Of a stretch of DNA of 32,000 nt, positions 26,829-32,000 are shown in pieces. Position 1 is the first letter of the stretch. Every line of letters begins with the position of its first letter. The translations under genes were made by a program, and so were the position numbers. Source of the stretch: Melioribacter roseus P3M-2. Its GTDB lineage: Bacteria > Bacteroidota > Ignavibacteria > Ignavibacteriales > Melioribacteraceae. The stretch covers positions 2,829,688 through 2,861,687 of the forward strand of contig NC_018178.1 of assembly GCF_000279145.1 (NCBI RefSeq), given 5' to 3'. The notes beneath the pieces were generated by a model, which worked only from the letters and a program-made list of their open reading frames with translations, did no database searches and was not told where the DNA came from.

Positions 26829-28085
26829 ATGAATGCATTTCTTATCACTATCGGTGATGAAATTCTTATCGGCCAGGTAGTCAACACAAATGCCGCCTAC
26901 ATCGGAGAAAAGCTTTCCGAATTGGGTGTCGACGTAATCGGTTCGTCCGTATTGCCGGACGATGAAAATGCTATCAGGAACGAATTCGAAAGAGCGTTTA
27001 ATAATTCCGACCTTGTTCTTGTAACGGGAGGTCTCGGGCCTACTCACGACGACGTTACTCGTAAAGTTATTGTCGATTTTTTTGATACCGAACTTGTAAT
27101 GAATCAGGACGTTTTGAACGACATCAAAAAATTATTTGAAAGCAGAGGCAGACAATTAACAAAAATAAACGAAGAACAGGCGTTGGTTCCTAAAATAGCC
27201 GTTCCTATTCGTAACAGCCGAGGAACCGCTCCCGGCATCTGGATTGAAAAAGAAAATAAGATATTTATAGCAATGCCGGGCGTACCTTACGAAATGCATC
27301 TTATGATGGAAAGTTTTGTAATCCCGAAATTAAAAGATTTGATGGGCGACAGCAAAAAGATTGTATTGAGAAAAAATTTGCTGACTACCGGATTACCCGA
27401 ATCGCACCTTTACGAACGCCTCGGCGACTTGAAAGAATTATTGGGCGAAGTTAAAATGGCTTTTTTACCAAATCAGTTTGGAGTACGACTCAGAATTACG
27501 GTTGAAGATGATAACGAAGAGTCGGCAAAATCGCGCATCGAAGCCATTGAACAAAAAATAAGGACAAAAATCGGCAAATATATTTACGGCAAAGACGACG
27601 AGACCCTGGAATCGGTAGTCGCCAAACTTCTTACCGATAGGGGATTAACGTTAGCAGTGGCGGAGTCGTGCACCGGCGGATACGTCGCTCATCGTTTGAC
27701 TAATATTAGCGGCAGCAGTAAATTTCTGGAAAGAGGTGTCGTAGCATACAGCAATGCGGCTAAAGTGGAATTGCTCAAAGTGGACGAAGATGTAATTTCC
27801 AAATACGGCGCTGTAAGCATCGAAGTGGCGCGGCAAATGGCCGAAGGAGTAAAATCGATTAGCGGAACCGATATAGGCCTGTCTGTTACCGGTATTATGG
27901 GACCTACCGGCGCCACTCCCGATAAACCGGTAGGATTGGTTTATATCGGAATTTGCGACGATACAATTTGTACGGCGAAGGAATTTCGCTTTGGCGACGA
28001 CAGACATCTTAATAAAGACCGCGCTTCACAGGCCGCTCTCGATATGATAAGAAGAAATTTACTCGGTATTCCGTATGACGATTAG
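26829..28085 (+). CDS. cinA: Competence/damage-inducible protein CinA (MoCF-like domain + nicotinamide-nucleotide amidohydrolase PncC domain)
   Basis: The motifs ITIGDEILIGQVVNTNA, VLVTGGLGPTHDDVT, LAVAESCTGG and GPTG....KPVGLVYIG are present. Confidence 0.9.
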   Translation: MNAFLITIGDEILIGQVVNTNAAYIGEKLSELGVDVIGSSVLPDDENAIRNEFERAFNNSDLVLVTGGLGPTHDDVTRKVIVDFFDTELVMNQDVLNDIKKLFESRGRQLTKINEEQALVPKIAVPIRNSRGTAPGIWIEKENKIFIAMPGVPYEMHLMMESFVIPKLKDLMGDSKKIVLRKNLLTTGLPESHLYERLGDLKELLGEVKMAFLPNQFGVRLRITVEDDNEESAKSRIEAIEQKIRTKIGKYIYGKDDETLESVVAKLLTDRGLTLAVAESCTGGYVAHRLTNISGSSKFLERGVVAYSNAAKVELLKVDEDVISKYGAVSIEVARQMAEGVKSISGTDIGLSVTGIMGPTGATPDKPVGLVYIGICDDTICTAKEFRFGDDRHLNKDRASQAALDMIRRNLLGIPYDD

Positions 28086-28650
28086 AACGTTTATTGCGCT
28101 CGATTTGCCTGAATTTGTTTTAAACAGGATTATCGAACTTCGCGATTCTTTCTTTGAAAATGTATCCGACTTGAAATGGGAAAGCAGAAATAAGCTTCAC
28201 ATTACGCTGAAATTCCTGGGCGATACGGATGAAAATCTGATACCGGATATTTCACGTTCGCTGGCCGATCTGGCAGATAGATATTCGCCGTTTTCTTTGA
28301 AAATATCGAAGGCAGGGCTTTTTTACAGAAACGGAAAACCCGCCATTCTCTATCTCGATTTTTTGGAAAATGAATACCTTCTTCGATTCCACGAGGAAAT
28401 TGAAAATATAATGGAAAATTTTGGCTTCAAAAAAGAAAACAGAAAATTCAAAACTCACCTGACGTTGCTGAGAATAAAAAACGACAGGCATTTGAATCGG
28501 ATTAAAAATTTTACAAAATTAGGTATTGATTTACCCGAATTCATTTCAGATGAAATTACTTTGTACAGAAGCATACTTAAACCGGCGGGTTCGGTTTATC
28601 AACCGATTGAAAGTTTTAAATTGAATAACAGGAGGAATAATGGCGCTTGA
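28075..28650 (+). CDS. thpR: RNA 2',3'-cyclic phosphodiesterase (2H family, ThpR/LigT)
   Basis: Two H-x-T-x motifs (HITLKFLG and HLTLLR) sit at the spacing expected for 2H phosphoesterases. It overlaps cinA by 11 nt. Confidence 0.85.
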   Translation: MTIRTFIALDLPEFVLNRIIELRDSFFENVSDLKWESRNKLHITLKFLGDTDENLIPDISRSLADLADRYSPFSLKISKAGLFYRNGKPAILYLDFLENEYLLRFHEEIENIMENFGFKKENRKFKTHLTLLRIKNDRHLNRIKNFTKLGIDLPEFISDEITLYRSILKPAGSVYQPIESFKLNNRRNNGA

Positions 28651-29689
28651 AAAAGACGCAAGACTGAAAATTCTTGACGATACAATAGCAAATCTCGAAA
28701 AAACATATGGCAAAGGAACCATAATGAAACTTGGAGATGGCGTGATTAACAAAGTGGAAGCCATCTCGACCGGTTCGTTATCGCTCGACTATGCGCTCGG
28801 AATAGGAGGCGTACCCAGAGGCAGAATCATCGAAATTTACGGTCCCGAATCTTCAGGTAAAACGACTCTCTGTCTCCATATAATAGCGGAAGCGCAAAAA
28901 AAGGGAGGCATCGCTGCATTCGTAGATGCCGAACATGCGCTCGACGTTAATTATGCGAAACGACTCGGCGTAGACGTAAGCAATTTGTTGATCTCTCAAC
29001 CTGATTTCGGCGAACAGGCTCTCGAAATCGTAGATACTCTAATCAGAAGCAACGCTCTCGACGTTATAGTCGTGGATTCCGTGGCTGCGCTTGTGCCGCG
29101 CTCTGAAATCGAAGGGGATATGGGCGATCCCCAAATGGCATTGCAGGCTCGTTTGATGTCGCAGGCTCTAAGGAAAATTACTGGAGCAATCAGCAAATCT
29201 AAAACGTGCGTAATATTTACAAATCAGCTCAGGAGCAAAATCGGAGTTATGTTCGGCAATCCGGAAACCACCACTGGCGGAAACGCTCTAAAGTTCTATG
29301 CTTCGGTACGACTCGATATCAGAAGAATTGCCGCTATCAAAGATTCGAACAATATCGTGGGAAACAGAACAAAAGTTAAAATCGTTAAAAGCAAGGTGGC
29401 GCCTCCGTTCAAAGAAGTTGAATTCGACATACTTTACAACGAAGGAATCAGCAAAGCCGGCGACTTGATTGATTTGGCTACAGAAGCCGGGATACTCAAA
29501 AAAAGCGGCGCCTGGTTTACTTATAAAGAAGAAAGATACCAGGGACGGGAACAGATGCGACAAAAATTACTCGAAGACCCCGAACTCTTTGCCGAAATGG
29601 AAAAAGAAGTTAAAACTGCTCTCGGAATGATCGAAGCTCCGCCTGAAGAAGAAAATAAGGAAGAAGCCCAGAAGAAAAAATCGAAATGA
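28640..29689 (+). CDS. recA: Recombinase RecA
   Basis: The motifs [10 protein letters not shown] (Walker A), [15 protein letters not shown]-type [37 protein letters not shown] are present. A GGAGG RBS lies 5 nt upstream. It overlaps thpR by 11 nt. Confidence 0.98.
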   Translation: MALEKDARLKILDDTIANLEKTYGKGTIMKLGDGVINKVEAISTGSLSLDYALGIGGVPRGRIIEIYGPESSGKTTLCLHIIAEAQKKGGIAAFVDAEHALDVNYAKRLGVDVSNLLISQPDFGEQALEIVDTLIRSNALDVIVVDSVAALVPRSEIEGDMGDPQMALQARLMSQALRKITGAISKSKTCVIFTNQLRSKIGVMFGNPETTTGGNALKFYASVRLDIRRIAAIKDSNNIVGNRTKVKIVKSKVAPPFKEVEFDILYNEGISKAGDLIDLATEAGILKKSGAWFTYKEERYQGREQMRQKLLEDPELFAEMEKEVKTALGMIEAPPEEENKEEAQKKKSK

Positions 29690-30315
29690 TAATTAATTCT
29701 TTATTACGAAAAAACAACAAAGTAAAAATTACGTTCGACGATTCTTCTTCGTTATACGTTAATTATAATGTGGCAGTCCAATTTGCCCTGCGCAAAGGGG
29801 ACAACCTGGACGAAAAGTTATTGAATCGGCTTCTTAAAGCGGACGAACTTTTCGATATAAAAGCGGCGGCATATAGATTAATCGGCAGGAGAGATCACTC
29901 TTCTGCCGAACTCAAAAGAAAATTGTTAAAAAAAGGTTTCGATATCAATCTGATTAATGAATTGATAACCGAACTTTCGGAAAAGCATTATCTGAACGAT
30001 TACAACTTTGCCCGCAAATACTCCGAAGAAGCGGTTGATAAAAAGAAATCGGGAATCAATAAAGTCAGAAATGATTTAATTAAAAAGGGAGTAAGCAAAG
30101 AAATTATCGAAAATGTTTTGAATGATATTAATGAGAATACACTGCTTGAAAACGCCCGGGATTTACTAAATAAAAAAATAAAAACCTCCGCTTTCATTAA
30201 AACCGAATCTCGCAAAAAGAAACAAAAATTATTTTCCTACTTGAAATCTAAAGGTTACTCTTCCGATCTTATTATGAAATTGTTGAGCGAATACGATTTT
30301 TCCGACTACGAATAA
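29686..30315 (+). CDS. recX: RecA regulator RecX
   Basis: It shows the helical-repeat RecX pattern ([25 protein letters not shown]...). It has an ATGA overlap with the recA stop. Confidence 0.85.
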   Translation: MIINSLLRKNNKVKITFDDSSSLYVNYNVAVQFALRKGDNLDEKLLNRLLKADELFDIKAAAYRLIGRRDHSSAELKRKLLKKGFDINLINELITELSEKHYLNDYNFARKYSEEAVDKKKSGINKVRNDLIKKGVSKEIIENVLNDINENTLLENARDLLNKKIKTSAFIKTESRKKKQKLFSYLKSKGYSSDLIMKLLSEYDFSDYE

Positions 30316-30371
30316 TTTTGCTTATAATTCCAAACTGTTTATTTTTAAGTTCATATTTAAAGGTGGCTTAT

Positions 30372-31541
30372 ATGTCGGCATATCGCGGTGTTGATTATCT
30401 GGAACTCGATTCTCTCCTTTCTGAGGAGGAAATTTTAGTTAGAAATAATATTTATGAATTCGTTCGTCGGGAGATAATCCCGCTTATCGAAAAACATTAC
30501 GAAGAAGGAACATTCCCGCGCAATTTGATACCCAAGATGGCAGAACTCGGAATCTTCGGTATTACGCTTCCGGAGAAATACGGTTGCGCGAATTTAAATA
30601 ATGTCGCCTACGGTTTGGCAATGCAGGAGTTGGAAAGGGGAGACAGCGGAATAAGAAGTTTTGCTTCGGTTCAATCTGCGCTCGTAATGTATCCGATTTA
30701 TACTTTCGGCTCGGAAAAACAAAAAGACTATTGGTTGCCGAAACTGGCAAGAGGCGAAGCCGTCGGATGCTTTGGTCTTACCGAGCCGGATTTCGGTTCG
30801 AATCCCGCCGGCATGTTGACCAAAGCCGATAAAACAAAGGACGGTTATCTGTTAAACGGCGCAAAAATGTGGATTACCAACGGTTCAATCGCGGATGTTG
30901 CAATTGTATGGGCGAAACTCGAAGGCAATGTAAGAGGTTTTATTGTCGAAAAAGACCGCAAAGGTTTTTCGACAGTCGAAATGAAAGGAAAACATTCATT
31001 GCGCGCTTCCGTTACGTCGGAATTGATTCTGGATAATGTGGAAATTCCGGAGGAAAATTTACTGCCACAAACAACGGGATTAAAATCCGCTCTTATGTGT
31101 CTTAACCAGGCGCGATACGGAATCGCATGGGGAGTTACGGGCGCAATGATTGAATGTTATTTAAGCGCTGTCGATTATTCAAAGTCGCGAATCCAATTCG
31201 ACAAACCGATTGCCGCATACCAGATGACTCAGGAAAAGCTTGTTTATATGCTTACTGAAATAACCAAAGCGCAGTTATTAAATCTTCAGATAGGCAGGTT
31301 GAAGGACATTGGAAAAGCAAAACACACGCACATTTCGATGGCTAAGAGAAATAATTGCGAAAAAGCTCTCGAAATAGCTCAAATTGCCCGCGAAATTCTG
31401 GGAGCAAACGGTATCTTAAATGAATATCCGGTTATGAGACATGCCGCGAATCTTCATTCTGTAAAAACTTATGAAGGCACTCACGAAATGCATACATTAA
31501 TTATCGGGGAAGATATTACAGGTTTCCCAGCTTTTACTTAA
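30372..31541 (+). CDS. gcdH: Acyl-CoA dehydrogenase, glutaryl-CoA-dehydrogenase-like
   Basis: The motifs GLTEPDFGSNPAGM, KMWITNG, ARYGIAWG and YEGT.E.H.LI.G are present, and the N-terminus YRGVDYLELDSLLSEEE is typical of GCDH. ATG 30372, preceded by AAAGGTGG, is preferred over the TTG at 30318. Confidence 0.8.
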   Translation: MSAYRGVDYLELDSLLSEEEILVRNNIYEFVRREIIPLIEKHYEEGTFPRNLIPKMAELGIFGITLPEKYGCANLNNVAYGLAMQELERGDSGIRSFASVQSALVMYPIYTFGSEKQKDYWLPKLARGEAVGCFGLTEPDFGSNPAGMLTKADKTKDGYLLNGAKMWITNGSIADVAIVWAKLEGNVRGFIVEKDRKGFSTVEMKGKHSLRASVTSELILDNVEIPEENLLPQTTGLKSALMCLNQARYGIAWGVTGAMIECYLSAVDYSKSRIQFDKPIAAYQMTQEKLVYMLTEITKAQLLNLQIGRLKDIGKAKHTHISMAKRNNCEKALEIAQIAREILGANGILNEYPVMRHAANLHSVKTYEGTHEMHTLIIGEDITGFPAFT

Positions 31542-31576
31542 ATTTGTGAATTAAAAAAAGAGAAATTGGGGTTTTC

Positions 31577-32000
31577 ATGAAGAACAGTAAAATTGAATTC
31601 GAAGGTTTGACGTTCGACGATTTATTGCTAATACCCGCTAAGTCTTCGGTATTGCCGAGAGAAACCGATATAACGACTTACCTCACACGTGAAATACAGT
31701 TGAATATACCATTTATTTCGGCTGCAATGGATACGGTTACAGAATCGGAAATGGCAATTGCAATGGCAGCTCAGGGAGGCATCGGCATTATTCATAAAAA
31801 TATGTCGATCGAAAGACAGGCTGAAGAAGTTGACAAAGTTAAACGTTCGGAAAGCGGGATGATTGTCAATCCGATAACACTTACTCCTGACCATACGATT
31901 TATCAGGCTGAAGAAATTATGTCGAAGTACAGAATATCCGGCATTCCGATTGTTGACGACAAAAGAAGATTGATCGGAATTCTTACAAACCGCGATTTGA
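31577..32000 (+). CDS. guaB: IMP dehydrogenase, N-terminal 141 aa; 3' end lies outside the window
   Basis: My own translation from ATG 31577 is [96 protein letters not shown]..., which is classic IMPDH with the start of the CBS subdomain. It is absent from the ORF track only because no stop codon lies inside the window. Confidence 0.92.
   Translation, partial: MKNSKIEFEGLTFDDLLLIPAKSSVLPRETDITTYLTREIQLNIPFISAAMDTVTESEMAIAMAAQGGIGIIHKNMSIERQAEEVDKVKRSESGMIVNPITLTPDHTIYQAEEIMSKYRISGIPIVDDKRRLIGILTNRDL

Noticed and set aside
30318-30371. The ORF-track TTG start giving an 18-aa N-terminal extension (MLIIPNCLFLSSYLKVAY) on the acyl-CoA dehydrogenase. Similar cases are the 16149 start for the membrane protein and the GTG starts at 11315 and 13772 for the sHSPs.
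   Set aside because: The extensions lack an RBS, overlap RBS or promoter-like sequence or the upstream gene, and are not part of the conserved N-termini. Downstream ATGs with proper SD spacing are preferred.
1-32000. A search by eye for CRISPR arrays, tRNA/rRNA genes, IS/transposase/integrase genes, toxin-antitoxin pairs, restriction-modification or other defence genes, long direct or inverted repeats, and compositional islands.
   Set aside because: I found none. Every intergenic gap is 222 bp or shorter and composition and codon style look uniform. All large ORFs are housekeeping or conserved envelope genes. The window looks like core chromosome rather than an accessory island.

Overview
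This is a dense window (about 95% coding) of mostly housekeeping chromosomal genes. It probably comes from an FCB-superphylum bacterium, perhaps Ignavibacteriota-like or Bacteroidota-like. That guess rests on a type IX secretion sprA/porX pair, roughly 40% GC by eye, and frequent strong AGGAGG ribosome-binding sites; it is an inference only.

Gene order:
- Plus strand: sprA (5' partial), porX-like response regulator, tsaE, tsaB, a tandem DUF1573 protein, accD.
- Minus strand: a NifS/IscS-like cysteine desulfurase and birA.
- Plus strand: hsp20, dnaK, hsp20, then an M1 metallopeptidase, a polytopic membrane protein, def, fmt, a CBS/CysK-like enzyme, a hypothetical protein, a methionine-gamma-lyase-like PLP enzyme and a MORN + 2x TonB-C protein.
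- Minus strand: a thioredoxin-like protein.
- Plus strand: a Trp-rich secreted protein, then purC, DUF971, pgsA, pgpA, cinA, thpR, recA, recX, then a glutaryl-CoA-dehydrogenase-like gene and guaB (3' partial).

I saw no rRNA, tRNA, CRISPR array, transposase, integrase, long repeat or obvious defence island. I cannot point to a convincing undescribed multi-gene system.

The most unusual signals are regulatory and architectural:
1. A triple 10-bp operator-like array, including a perfect 26-bp palindrome, lies in the birA/hsp20 divergent region, with a near-consensus sigma-54 -24/-12 element downstream of it.
2. The hsp20-dnaK-hsp20 module has an internal 15-bp-stem terminator.
3. Several conserved proteins of unknown function are present: MORN + dual TonB-C, a Trp-rich secreted protein with a polybasic tail, a DUF1573 tandem, and a membrane protein translationally coupled to the M1 peptidase.
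4. Eight genes from purC to recX form a translationally coupled array.

All functional calls come from motif recognition by eye in the supplied translations. No database search was run.
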